From Planctomycetota bacterium (GTDB lineage Bacteria > Planctomycetota > Planctomycetia > JALXBF01), in assembly GCA_026991575.1 (NCBI GenBank), contig JALXBF010000033.1, forward strand, positions 56,601-76,600: 20,000 bases of DNA, read 5' to 3'. Within the stretch, counting starts at the first letter, position 1, and every line of letters starts with the position of its first letter. Of this stretch, positions 7,569 to 16,473 are shown in pieces. The notes below the pieces were generated by a model, which saw only the letters and a list, made by a program, of their open reading frames with translations, was not told where the DNA came from and did no database searches. A program made the translations under genes and the position numbers.

Positions 7569-8039
7569 CTAGTCGTCCAGTTGCTGGGCCAGGTAATTCT
7601 CCAGGCCCACCTCGGTGATCAGGTGCAGCTGGGCTTCAAGCCAGTCGAGCGTTTCTTCGGAGCCCTTCAGCAGTTCGTACGCCAGGATCCGGCTTCCGCT
7701 GTCTCCTTCCTCTTCACAGATCTTGATCACCTCGTTGTACAAGTCCACTGCGCCCTTCTCGAGCTGTGCGTCGTATTCGAGCTGCTCCTTTACGTTTGTG
7801 CCGGCGCGGATCACGCCGTAGCGGGCGATCTCGGGCGTACCCTCCAGGAATAAGATCCGTTCGATCAGCATGTCCGCATGCTTCATCTCTTCGATCGCTT
7901 CCTCATGGAGCTTCTTGGCCAGCTTCCCGTAGCCCCAGTTCTTGCACATCTTGGCCTGGATGAAGTACTGGTTGATTGCGGTCAATTCGGCTGTGAGGCC
8001 ACGGTTCAGCGCTTCGATGACCCTGGCACTACCCTGCAT
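7569..8039 (-). CDS. bfr: Bacterioferritin
   Basis: 156 aa with ELTAINQYF, NWG, EEMKHAD..IERILFLEG.P, DWLEAQL..GLENYL. Heme ligand Met52 is present. SD GGAG before ATG 8039. Confidence 0.95.
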   Translation of the reverse strand: MQGSARVIEALNRGLTAELTAINQYFIQAKMCKNWGYGKLAKKLHEEAIEEMKHADMLIERILFLEGTPEIARYGVIRAGTNVKEQLEYDAQLEKGAVDLYNEVIKICEEEGDSGSRILAYELLKGSEETLDWLEAQLHLITEVGLENYLAQQLDD

Positions 8040-8124
8040 GGGAATCTCCTCTGGTGGTTTGGTGGCTACAGCATACCGGCATTGTCCGGCCAGGCAGCGG
8101 CCCAGTCCACTGCTCGGCGGTGCA

Positions 8125-8153
8125 ATGGTAAGCGGCTTGGTCCCGAACTGCAA
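8125..8153 (-). promoter_or_regulatory. Putative sigma70-type promoter of bfr
   Basis: Minus strand TTGCAG (8153-8148), 17 nt spacer, TACCAT (8130-8125), about 85 nt upstream of the bfr start. Confidence 0.45.
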
Positions 8154-8386
8154 CCAGAACCGCTCCGGGTTTGCCACCATCGTGTTCGCGTGCGGAGGCC
8201 GGTGCAGGGGGCAACCGCGACGGGCGGCGCCGGTGTGCGGCACCGATGCCCTCCATGCGCACCGCGTCACGGCCGCTGCGGCACCCACGAACGTGCGCCG
8301 GCTAGCTTCGCCCGATGGGGGCCGCAGGAAGGGTTTACAATTGGGCGGTCGAACCAAACAGCTTTGTACTTTCGGAGCAACCAACC

Positions 8387-8914
8387 ATGGCTGATGACCG
8401 CGATCGGCCGGAACGAACCAACGGGTCGAACGACGAGGATAGCCGGTGGCAGGCGGCCGGCCCTGCCGTGGGGCGGATTCCGAGCGGTCTGTACATCCTG
8501 AGCTGCCGCGACGGCGATCGCGACCAGGCCATTCTGGTGAGCTGGGTGCAGCAGGCAGCGTTCCAACCGCTGGCCGTCACCGTCTGCCTGCGGGCCGACC
8601 GGCCCGTGACGCGGTGTGTTCGGAGCACACAACGCTTTGCATTGAGCATTCTTGGCGAGGACCAGGCCGACCTGGTGGCACGATTCGCCCGCGGCGTGTC
8701 CCCGGAGCAAGACCCGTTCCATGAGCTATTCATCGAGCGGGCCGAATCGGGCTGCGCCGTGCTTCAGGAAGCGGTCGCCGCCCTCGACTGCCGCGTGCTC
8801 GGCGAAAGCCCCGCAGGCGATCACGTGGTCTTCGTGGCGGAGGTCACCGGTGGCAAGTTGCTGCGGGACGTGAAACCCTGGGTCCACGTGCGTAAGGACG
8901 GCACCCGCTACTGA
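8387..8914 (+). CDS. Flavin reductase-like FMN-binding protein
   Basis: GRIPSGLYIL, SWVQQAAFQPL, FALSILGE, LDCRV, AGDHVVFVAEV motifs; GGAG before ATG 8387. Confidence 0.9.
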   Translation: MADDRDRPERTNGSNDEDSRWQAAGPAVGRIPSGLYILSCRDGDRDQAILVSWVQQAAFQPLAVTVCLRADRPVTRCVRSTQRFALSILGEDQADLVARFARGVSPEQDPFHELFIERAESGCAVLQEAVAALDCRVLGESPAGDHVVFVAEVTGGKLLRDVKPWVHVRKDGTRY

Positions 8915-8944
8915 GAGCCAACAGCCTCGGGCGGAGAAGAAGGC

Positions 8945-10390
8945 TTGGCTACAGAGACAGCCACAAAGGTCAGCCGGCTGGTCAAGCGGCTGACGGAGTT
9001 GGTCGGTCCGGACGGTGTGCTTAGCTCACCGGTCGAGCTGGTTGTCTACGAGTGCGACGGCTATACGCTGGAGAAGAACCGACCTGATGCCGTCGTTTTC
9101 CCGCGAAGCACCGAGCAGGTGCGCGATATTGTCCGGCTCTGCAACGAACTGGACGTGCCGTTCCTGCCACGCGGCGCCGGCACCAGCCTGGCCGGCGGCA
9201 CCGTGCCGGTTGGTGGCGGCGTCGTCATTGAGTTTAGCCGGTTGAACAGCATCCTGGAAGTCAACCTGCGTGACCGGTACGCTGTCGTCCAGGCAGGCGT
9301 CGTCAATCTCTGGATCACCAACCGGCTCAAGGAACACGGCTACCACTACGCGCCCGATCCTTCCAGCCAGGGGGCCTGTACCATCGGCGGCAACGTGGCT
9401 ACCAACTCCGGCGGACCCCACACGCTGAAGTACGGCGTGACGGTCAACCACGTCTTGGGCGTCCGCGCCGTGTTGGCCGATGGCACGGTCGTGGAGCTCG
9501 GCGGACCTGTGGAGGACGTTCCCGGGTACGACCTTACCGGACTGCTTGTCGGCAGCGAGGGAACGCTGGCCATCGTCACCGAAGCGACCGTCCGTCTGAC
9601 GCGGAACCCGGAGGCGTACCGGACACTGCTGGCCGTGTTCGATTCGATCGACGATGCGACGAACACGATCAGCGAGATCATTGGCGCAGGAATCGTGCCG
9701 GCGGCGTTGGAGATGATGGACCGGTTGATCATTCGAGCGGTGGAGGAGGCGTTCGGGTTCGGCTTCCCGCTGGATGCCGAAGCGGTGCTGATCATCGAAG
9801 TCGACGGCCTGGAAGTGGGGCTGGATCGGGAAGCGGAACAGGTCACCGCCATCTGCCGCCGGAACAACTGCCGCGAGGTGCGACGGGCACGGGATGACGC
9901 CGAGCGGGCTGCACTGTGGAAGAGCCGTAAACAGGCCTTCGGTGCAATCGGCCGCTTGAGCCCCAGCTACTGCACTCAGGACGGCGTCGTGCCGCGAACC
10001 GCTCTGCCGCACATGCTCCGGTTCATCCGCGGGGTTTCCGAGAAATACGGCATACCGATCGCCAACGTGTTCCATGCCGGCGATGGCAACATCCATCCGA
10101 TCCTGCTGTTTGACGAGCGAGACAGCGATCAGGTGCGGCGAGTCCTGAAGGCAAGCCACGACATCCTGGAAGAATGCATCCGATTGGGGGGGTCGGTTAC
10201 CGGTGAGCATGGCATTGGTGTGGAGAAGATCAACTTCATGCCCCGCCTGTTTTCACCCGATGACCTCGCGGTGATGGTGGCCTTGAAGAACCTGTTCAAC
10301 CCGACTGGCCGACTCAGCCCTGGCAAGATGTTGCCCGTCGGCATCCGCTGCCTCGAGCAGACTCACCCCGGTCGCAAAGCTCCCTTGTAA
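8945..10390 (+). CDS. glcD: Glycolate oxidase FAD-binding subunit GlcD
   Basis: PRGAGTSLAGG, APDPSSQ.ACTIGGNVATNSGGPH.LKYGVT, GSEGTL, FHAGDGNIHP, GEHGIGVEK; first gene of the D-E-F triad; TTG start. Confidence 0.93.
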   Translation: MATETATKVSRLVKRLTELVGPDGVLSSPVELVVYECDGYTLEKNRPDAVVFPRSTEQVRDIVRLCNELDVPFLPRGAGTSLAGGTVPVGGGVVIEFSRLNSILEVNLRDRYAVVQAGVVNLWITNRLKEHGYHYAPDPSSQGACTIGGNVATNSGGPHTLKYGVTVNHVLGVRAVLADGTVVELGGPVEDVPGYDLTGLLVGSEGTLAIVTEATVRLTRNPEAYRTLLAVFDSIDDATNTISEIIGAGIVPAALEMMDRLIIRAVEEAFGFGFPLDAEAVLIIEVDGLEVGLDREAEQVTAICRRNNCREVRRARDDAERAALWKSRKQAFGAIGRLSPSYCTQDGVVPRTALPHMLRFIRGVSEKYGIPIANVFHAGDGNIHPILLFDERDSDQVRRVLKASHDILEECIRLGGSVTGEHGIGVEKINFMPRLFSPDDLAVMVALKNLFNPTGRLSPGKMLPVGIRCLEQTHPGRKAPL

Positions 10391-10394
10391 GCCG

Positions 10395-11729
10395 ATGTCC
10401 AGCCTAGACGACCTGCTGCAAACCGTCCGACAGCGACCCGAAATCGACTGGCAACCGCTGCCGGAAGCGTGGGCCGAGCTGGTGGCTGCGACCCACGTTG
10501 CCCGGCCGCAGTCGGTAGAGGCGTTGCGGGAGCTTCTACGGGCGGCGAACGAGCGAGCGGTGCCGGTTTTTCCGGTTGGCGGCGGCACACAACTTGACTG
10601 GGGGTTACCGGCCGCGCGCGAAGGATTTGCCCTCTGCACGCAGTCTCTGCGGCAGGTGATCGATTACCCTGCGCGCGACATGACCATCACAGTTCAGGCC
10701 GGCCTGACATGGGCTGAGTTGGCCGACCGGTTGGCGACGGAGAACCAATGGCTGCCGGTGGATGTGCCATTCGCACAGCAGGCCACCGTAGCCGGCAGCG
10801 TGGCGGCCAACATCAGCGGGCCGCGTCGTTTCGGCTACGGCACGCTGCGCGACTACGTGATCGGCATCGCCGTGGTCACGCCCGACGGTAAACTGGCCCG
10901 CGCCGGTGGCCGTGTGGTCAAGAACGTTGCAGGCTACGATCTGTGCAAGCTGTACACGGGTTCCTTCGGTACGCTTGCCGTCATCGTTGAGCTGACCTTC
11001 CGCGTGCGACCGCGACCGGAGGCAAGCCGACTGGCGTGCGTGCGGTGTGCGTCCCTGGCTGCCGCGGATCGCGTGTTCGAAAGGCTAGTTCGCTCACGTA
11101 CCCGGCCGGTTGCCGTCGAACTGCTCAACCACGCCGGCGCCGTTCAGCTCGCCGCGCCAGGCGCGGAGTCTATGCAACCGACTCAGTGGCTCGTGTTCGT
11201 GGGCTTTGAAGGCTTCGGTGAGACCGTCGACTGGCAGCTGAAGCAACTGGCCGACGAATTCGGGGGAGCGGACGGAGTCGAGGCGGTGGAGGTCGTCCCT
11301 GAGCCGGAAACCGCCAGCATCTGGCACCGGCTTACAGAACGGCGGTTCGTGAGCTCTCCGGTGCTCTTCAAAGCTGGCTGCCGGCCGTCTCAGCTGGCGG
11401 AGTTCCTCGATCTGGCCGATGACGCCGCGCTTGCCGTCCAAGCACACGGGGCCACCGGGATCGTGTGGCTCTGGCCGACCGATCCGGAGCGTGTTCCGGG
11501 CCGGGACTGGTTCGATCAGATCCACGGATGGCTGAGCAACCGGAAGGGGTATCTGGTGGTGAAAGGGGCCCGCTGGTGCCGCAAGGAAGGCGTTGCTCCT
11601 TGGGGGGGTGAGCGACCGGACCTGACGCTCATGCACAGGGTCAAACAAACCTACGATCCGAACGATATCCTCAACCCCGGGCGGTTCATCACAGCCGAAG
11701 GTGCCACTCACTCTATGCAGCAATCATGA
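10395..11729 (+). CDS. glcE: Glycolate oxidase FAD-binding subunit GlcE
   Basis: GGGT, DYPARDMTITVQAG, GPRRFGYGTLRD, GGRVVKNVAGYDLCKLYTGSFGTL, C-terminal DPNDILNPGRF; 4 nt after glcD. Confidence 0.9.
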   Translation: MSSLDDLLQTVRQRPEIDWQPLPEAWAELVAATHVARPQSVEALRELLRAANERAVPVFPVGGGTQLDWGLPAAREGFALCTQSLRQVIDYPARDMTITVQAGLTWAELADRLATENQWLPVDVPFAQQATVAGSVAANISGPRRFGYGTLRDYVIGIAVVTPDGKLARAGGRVVKNVAGYDLCKLYTGSFGTLAVIVELTFRVRPRPEASRLACVRCASLAAADRVFERLVRSRTRPVAVELLNHAGAVQLAAPGAESMQPTQWLVFVGFEGFGETVDWQLKQLADEFGGADGVEAVEVVPEPETASIWHRLTERRFVSSPVLFKAGCRPSQLAEFLDLADDAALAVQAHGATGIVWLWPTDPERVPGRDWFDQIHGWLSNRKGYLVVKGARWCRKEGVAPWGGERPDLTLMHRVKQTYDPNDILNPGRFITAEGATHSMQQS

Positions 11730-13102
11730 CGACCGAGTCGCCGGTACAAACCGAAGTCGTGGGTCCGAGCGGGCCGCTGGGGCAGTCGATCCCGTACGAA
11801 CGGTTCCTGGATTGTGTCCACTGTGGACTTTGCACGGCGGCCTGTCCCACGTACCTGGTGCGGGGCGACGAGAACGACAGTCCTCGCGGCCGGATCTACC
11901 TGATGCGAGCTCTGGTCGACGGTCGGCTCAGCCTGGACGACAGTGTCCTGCGTCACCTGGACCTCTGCCTGGACTGCCGAGCGTGTGAGACGGCCTGTCC
12001 GTCGGGTGTGGGCTATGGGCGGCTGATCGAGCCATTTCGTGTCGAGTTGCGCGAGCGGCTTGCCGCGGGCCGAGGCGCGCGCGGGCTGGAACGCTGGCTG
12101 GTCGAGCGGCTGTTTCCGAACCGGATGCTTCTGCGCGGGGCGCTGGGGCTGGCCCGACTTGCCCAGGTGACCGGGCTCGATTGGCTGATCGGTACGCTGC
12201 GCCTGGACCGGATGATGCCGAGCGTCCTGCGCGCCATGCGCGCCCAGCTGCCCCGGTTCCGCTTCTTCACGCCGCGGCTGCGTGAGCGGATCGAGCCGGA
12301 GGGCGAGCATCGGGCTACGGTTGCGTTGCTTACCGGATGCGTCGCGGACGTCGTGTTCCGGACCACCCATCATGCGACAGTACGCGTGCTGGCGCGGAAC
12401 GGTTGCCGAGTGCTGGTTCCCCGCGGCCAGAGTTGCTGTGGAGCGTTAGCCTATCACGCGGGATTCCTCACCGCTTCGCTTCCGGCCATGCTCCAGACTG
12501 TTGAACTCTTCAGCGGTCTGGAAATCGACGCGTTGGTCGTCAACGTTGCCGGTTGCGGCTCCACGATCAAGGACTACCCGCACATCCTGCAGGAGGCCCT
12601 GGCACTGGTCGAAGAGCCCGAGCAACGCAATGCGATCGAGCGAGCGCTGCCGCGTGCGGAAGCAGTGGCAGCCAGAACGCGGGACATCAGCGAGTTTCTC
12701 ATTGAGCTTGGGCCGCAGCCACCTCGTGGACGCATGGAGCTGCGTGCCGTCTACCATGACGCCTGCCACCTGGCCCACGCGCAGGGCATCCGCTCCGAAC
12801 CGCGCCGTCTGCTGCAGATGATTCCCGGACTGGAGCTCGTGCCGATCGAGGAAAGCGAGGTCTGTTGCGGTGCGGCGGGCACGTACGCACTTAGTGAGCC
12901 GGAGATGTCCGAAGAGCTTGCGCAACGCAAGGCCGAACGGATCATGGGCACCGGTGCCCACGCCGTTTTCACGGCCAACGCCGGCTGTCTGATCCAGATC
13001 GGGCGCGCGCTGCGCCAGCGGCATTACCACGCCTGGGTCGCTCACCCGATCGAAGCCCTCGATCTCAGCTATCGCGAACTGCCACCGCCGTTGCCACAGT
13101 AG
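11726..13102 (+). CDS. glcF: Glycolate oxidase iron-sulfur subunit GlcF
   Basis: Two CxxCxxCxxxCP motifs (CVHCGLCTAACP, CLDCRACETACP), SPRGRIYLM and two CCG domains; ATGA overlap with glcE. Confidence 0.93.
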   Translation: MTTESPVQTEVVGPSGPLGQSIPYERFLDCVHCGLCTAACPTYLVRGDENDSPRGRIYLMRALVDGRLSLDDSVLRHLDLCLDCRACETACPSGVGYGRLIEPFRVELRERLAAGRGARGLERWLVERLFPNRMLLRGALGLARLAQVTGLDWLIGTLRLDRMMPSVLRAMRAQLPRFRFFTPRLRERIEPEGEHRATVALLTGCVADVVFRTTHHATVRVLARNGCRVLVPRGQSCCGALAYHAGFLTASLPAMLQTVELFSGLEIDALVVNVAGCGSTIKDYPHILQEALALVEEPEQRNAIERALPRAEAVAARTRDISEFLIELGPQPPRGRMELRAVYHDACHLAHAQGIRSEPRRLLQMIPGLELVPIEESEVCCGAAGTYALSEPEMSEELAQRKAERIMGTGAHAVFTANAGCLIQIGRALRQRHYHAWVAHPIEALDLSYRELPPPLPQ

Positions 13103-13159
13103 AAAGGAAACGGCCTGAACGATCAGCATGCGATCAGTCCCCCTTCCGCTGGCACGACC

Positions 13160-13954
13160 ATGATCCTGGTGCGTTACGCCAAGACGATCTGGCGACACCG
13201 CACGTTGCTGCGGGCGCTGGTCTGGCGCGACTTCTGCACACGATACAAGCAGGCCGTGCTCGGGTTTGGCTGGGCGGTAATCTATCCGATCGCGCTGACG
13301 CTGATTCTGTGGTTTGCCTTCGAGGTTCTCCAGCGCGGTCCGGCCACGGACCGACCGCCCCTGTTGCTTTACTACTCAGGACTACATCCGTTCAACCTGT
13401 TCGCGTCGTGCATCATCTACGGCACCATCAGCATCGTCGCTAATGGAGGATTGCTGACCAAAGTGAAGGTGCCGACGGAGACGTTCCCGCTAAGTTCAGT
13501 GCTCAGCGGGCTATTCGACTTTGCCTTCGGAGGCGTCGCTCTCGTGGGGCTGATGCTCTGGTACCACAGTGCCGTGCGGCTCAGCGTGCATTCGCTGTGG
13601 GCCGCCGTGGCGATCGCCGGCGAGCTGGTGCTGACGCTAGCTGTGGTTCAGGTGTTTGCTGCCGCCTGCGTGATTGCCCGCGACCTTCGCTACGGCGCCC
13701 CGATTCTGTGTCAATTGCTGCTATTCCTGGTGCCGGTGATCTACGAGGTGCCGCACGATGCTGACGGCGTCTGGCGGCTGTACCTGCTGAACCCCCTTGC
13801 CGTGTATGTGGACACGTTCCGCCGCGCGTTGCTGGACGGGCTCCCGCCGCGATGGGGCTACTTCGCCCTGGCCTGGTTGAGCAGCCTGGCAGCCCTGTGG
13901 GGTTCGTGCAAGCTGTTCGAGAACGCGCGCCTAAAGTTCCCGGACGTGCTGTGA
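13160..13954 (+). CDS. wzm: Polysaccharide ABC transporter permease (Wzm/ABC-2 type)
   Basis: RDFCTRYKQAVLGFGWA.I.P, LLTKVKVP.E.FPLS, RDLRY, PVIY, LNPL..Y..FR motifs; multiple TM segments. Confidence 0.9.
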   Translation: MILVRYAKTIWRHRTLLRALVWRDFCTRYKQAVLGFGWAVIYPIALTLILWFAFEVLQRGPATDRPPLLLYYSGLHPFNLFASCIIYGTISIVANGGLLTKVKVPTETFPLSSVLSGLFDFAFGGVALVGLMLWYHSAVRLSVHSLWAAVAIAGELVLTLAVVQVFAAACVIARDLRYGAPILCQLLLFLVPVIYEVPHDADGVWRLYLLNPLAVYVDTFRRALLDGLPPRWGYFALAWLSSLAALWGSCKLFENARLKFPDVL

Positions 13955-15288
13955 GTGGCGACCGCTTGCTGAAGTTGACAGCCGCAACGGACCGACCCTC
14001 CGGAGATGCGTCTTGTGCTCGGCGGGGCACGATCCGATTGAACGACGTGTACAAGGCGTATCCCCGGGATATCAGCGGCTGGAGCGCCCTGCGCCGACTG
14101 GTCGAGCTGTTTCGGCCGCCGCGCGTGCTGGAGGCGGTCAGCTCGGCGGAGCTGGCCAGGCCCGATCTGGTCTGGGCACTGCGAGCGGTGAATCTGGAGA
14201 TCGACCGCGGCGAGGTGGTGGGGATCATCGGTCCGAACGGCAGTGGCAAGAGCAGCCTGCTGCGACTTGTTGCCGGCATCACGTTACCCACGGCCGGCTC
14301 GGTACGGGCTGTTGGCCGGGTGGGCAGTCTGCTGGAGGTCGGCGCCGGGCTTCACCCGGAGATGACCGGCCGCGAGAACATCTATCTGAACGGGCATCTA
14401 CTGGGCCTATCGCGCGACGAAATCGATACGCATTTCGAACAGATCGTCGCCTTCTCGGGGCTGGAGGATTTCCTGGATATGCCGGTGAAGCGGTACTCCA
14501 GTGGCATGTACGTACGGCTGGGCTTTGCCGTGGCGACCGCTGTCCCGCCGGACATCCTGCTGGTCGACGAGGTGCTGGCCGTGGGGGACTGGGCGTTTCA
14601 GCGTAAGTGCCTCGCGCGGATGCGCGAGCTGCGTGCCAGCGAGACGACGATTCTGTTTGTGTCGCACAACATGGACGCGGTACGTAGCTTCTGTACCCGA
14701 TGCGTCTTGCTGGTTGACGGGGCGTTGGTCTATGACGGCGAGCCGGAGGAGGCCATCCGCCGATACTACGCGCACGGGTTCCGGACCTGGAGCGTGCGCG
14801 GCACTGGCCCGGCCGTGACCCCTCGTCTCGGCGATCGCCGGCGCGGGCTGCTCACCGACGAGGCCCTGCGCGTTCAGCTCGTCACGGACGCGACCGGCCA
14901 GCCAGTGACCGAGCTCGCCGCCGGCGAACCGTGTCGGCTGCACATCGCCATCGACGGCGCGCGTCTACCGGCCGAAAGGGGGCACGTCCGGGTGGAGCTG
15001 TTCGATCAGGAGGGAACATTGCTTGCCGGGTTTTCAACCCGTGAGGACTGCGGCAAGGCCGTCACGTGGGGACAGCAGCCGGTGACGATCACGCTGTCCT
15101 TTCCAGCCGGTCTACCGGTGGCGCGGGGTAGTTGTCGGATTCGGGTGCTTGTGCTGGACGACAGCGGTCTGGAGCCATTTGCCATAGAGGATCGCGCTGC
15201 TCTGGTAGTGTGTCGCGCGCCGCGTCCTCAGGCGGGAACGGTCTACGTGGCGCGTGAATGGCACTGGTCTGAGCCGGGAGCTTGCTAA
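13951..15288 (+). CDS. wzt: Polysaccharide ABC transporter ATP-binding protein with C-terminal extension (Wzt, probable Wzt_C domain)
   Basis: Walker A GPNGSGKS, HPEMTGRENIYLNG, signature YSSGM, Walker B LLVDEVLAVGD, VSH switch, plus a C-terminal domain. GTG start overlaps the wzm stop (GTGA); exact start uncertain. Confidence 0.9.
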   Translation: MSGDRLLKLTAATDRPSGDASCARRGTIRLNDVYKAYPRDISGWSALRRLVELFRPPRVLEAVSSAELARPDLVWALRAVNLEIDRGEVVGIIGPNGSGKSSLLRLVAGITLPTAGSVRAVGRVGSLLEVGAGLHPEMTGRENIYLNGHLLGLSRDEIDTHFEQIVAFSGLEDFLDMPVKRYSSGMYVRLGFAVATAVPPDILLVDEVLAVGDWAFQRKCLARMRELRASETTILFVSHNMDAVRSFCTRCVLLVDGALVYDGEPEEAIRRYYAHGFRTWSVRGTGPAVTPRLGDRRRGLLTDEALRVQLVTDATGQPVTELAAGEPCRLHIAIDGARLPAERGHVRVELFDQEGTLLAGFSTREDCGKAVTWGQQPVTITLSFPAGLPVARGSCRIRVLVLDDSGLEPFAIEDRAALVVCRAPRPQAGTVYVAREWHWSEPGAC

Positions 15289-16444
15289 GCTTGCTAACCA
15301 GCGTCGCACTGTCCGCCGCTGCACGATCGGCCAGCAACCACTTCAGACCTAGCACGATCCGTTCCGCAGCGTACCCGTCGCCGAACGGGTTGCGGTTTGC
15401 CGGCACGCCTGACCAGGGCCGCGTAACCAGACGGAGCAGGGTCTGTTCCAGTTGCTGGAGGTCGTCAGGACAGATCAGCCGGCACCAGCCGGCTTCGATT
15501 CCCTCCGATCGCTCGGTATGCCGGCGCACGACCACGGTGGGCTTTTCCAAGCAGCATGCTTCTTCCTGAAGTCCTCCTGAGTCGGTGACAATGCCCGCCG
15601 CCTGTCCCAGCAGCCGGATGAAGCGGGCGTAGTCCAACGGCGGTAACCGGTGCCAGTTCTCCTCCGGCAGCAGCCTCAGCACCTCATCGAACCAGCCGTT
15701 CGGGTGGCTGACCACCAGCCAGCGCACCTCGGGCCGTGCTTGCCGCACGCGCAGCAGCGCCTCGGCTAACGTGCGGAACCCCTCAGGTCGGTTCTCCCGC
15801 CGATGAGCGGTGACGACGAAGTACGGGGGACGAACGGGCAGATCGTCGTCCACCGCAGGCGCACGCTGCTTCAACAGACGGACTGCATCGACAATCGGAT
15901 TTCCCGTCAGGAAGATCCGCTCGGGCGCGACGCCCTCCAGAACGAGCTGGCGCTGGGCGGTCGCGGTTGGGGCGAAGTGGATTGCAGCGACGCGAGCAAT
16001 CGCCTGCCGGTACGCCTCCTCGGGGAACGGCGCCGCCAGATCTCCGCTGCGCAGCCCCGCCTCTACGTGCGCAACCGGGACCTGCCGGTGGAAGGCCGAC
16101 AAAGCACCCGCGAACGCCGATAGCGTGTCCCCCTGGACAACCACGACCGATGGCCACAGCCTCGCCCAGAGTCGGTCCAGTTGCGTAAGCAACCGGGCAC
16201 AACGAGCTGATAGTTCCCGGGCGCGCAGCCCCGGTAGTTCGACATCGGGCGCCAGGCGGAAACAGGCCAGGGTCTGCCGCACAGCCTGCGGATGCTGGCC
16301 GGAGCTGACCACGGTCACCGGGAGTGCTTCGGTCCGAGCAGCCAGGATAACAGGAGCGAGCTTGATTGCCTCGGGACGGGTTCCGACCACGAAGGCGATC
16401 GTCCCGTCGCGGTGCCGGACGTGCTCTGCCAATTCTCCGCGCAT
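15089..16444 (-). CDS. wecB: UDP-N-acetylglucosamine 2-epimerase (non-hydrolysing)
   Basis: GTRPEAIKLAPV, SGQH, VQGDT, HVEAGLRS, PFPEE, HRREN, TDSGGLQEEA, NPFGDG..AERI. The C-terminal tail runs 200 bp into wzt. Confidence 0.93.
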   Translation of the reverse strand: MRGELAEHVRHRDGTIAFVVGTRPEAIKLAPVILAARTEALPVTVVSSGQHPQAVRQTLACFRLAPDVELPGLRARELSARCARLLTQLDRLWARLWPSVVVVQGDTLSAFAGALSAFHRQVPVAHVEAGLRSGDLAAPFPEEAYRQAIARVAAIHFAPTATAQRQLVLEGVAPERIFLTGNPIVDAVRLLKQRAPAVDDDLPVRPPYFVVTAHRRENRPEGFRTLAEALLRVRQARPEVRWLVVSHPNGWFDEVLRLLPEENWHRLPPLDYARFIRLLGQAAGIVTDSGGLQEEACCLEKPTVVVRRHTERSEGIEAGWCRLICPDDLQQLEQTLLRLVTRPWSGVPANRNPFGDGYAAERIVLGLKWLLADRAAADSATLVSKLSKLPAQTSAIHAPRRPFPPEDAARDTLPEQRDPLWQMAPDRCRPAQAPESDNYPAPPVDRLERTA

Positions 16445-16473
16445 CCGTGCATCCTTGATGATTCTGTAGGACT

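Noticed and set aside
8040..8384. N-terminal extension of Bfr, or a bfd ferredoxin gene upstream
   Set aside because: Bfr numbering and SD fix the start at 8039; no CxC...CxxC Bfd pattern in the listed ORFs.
9026..10210. 394-aa antisense ORF within glcD, and similar long antisense ORFs within the TPR, glcF and fadD genes
   Set aside because: Expected by-product of high-GC codon usage opposite real genes; no recognisable motifs.
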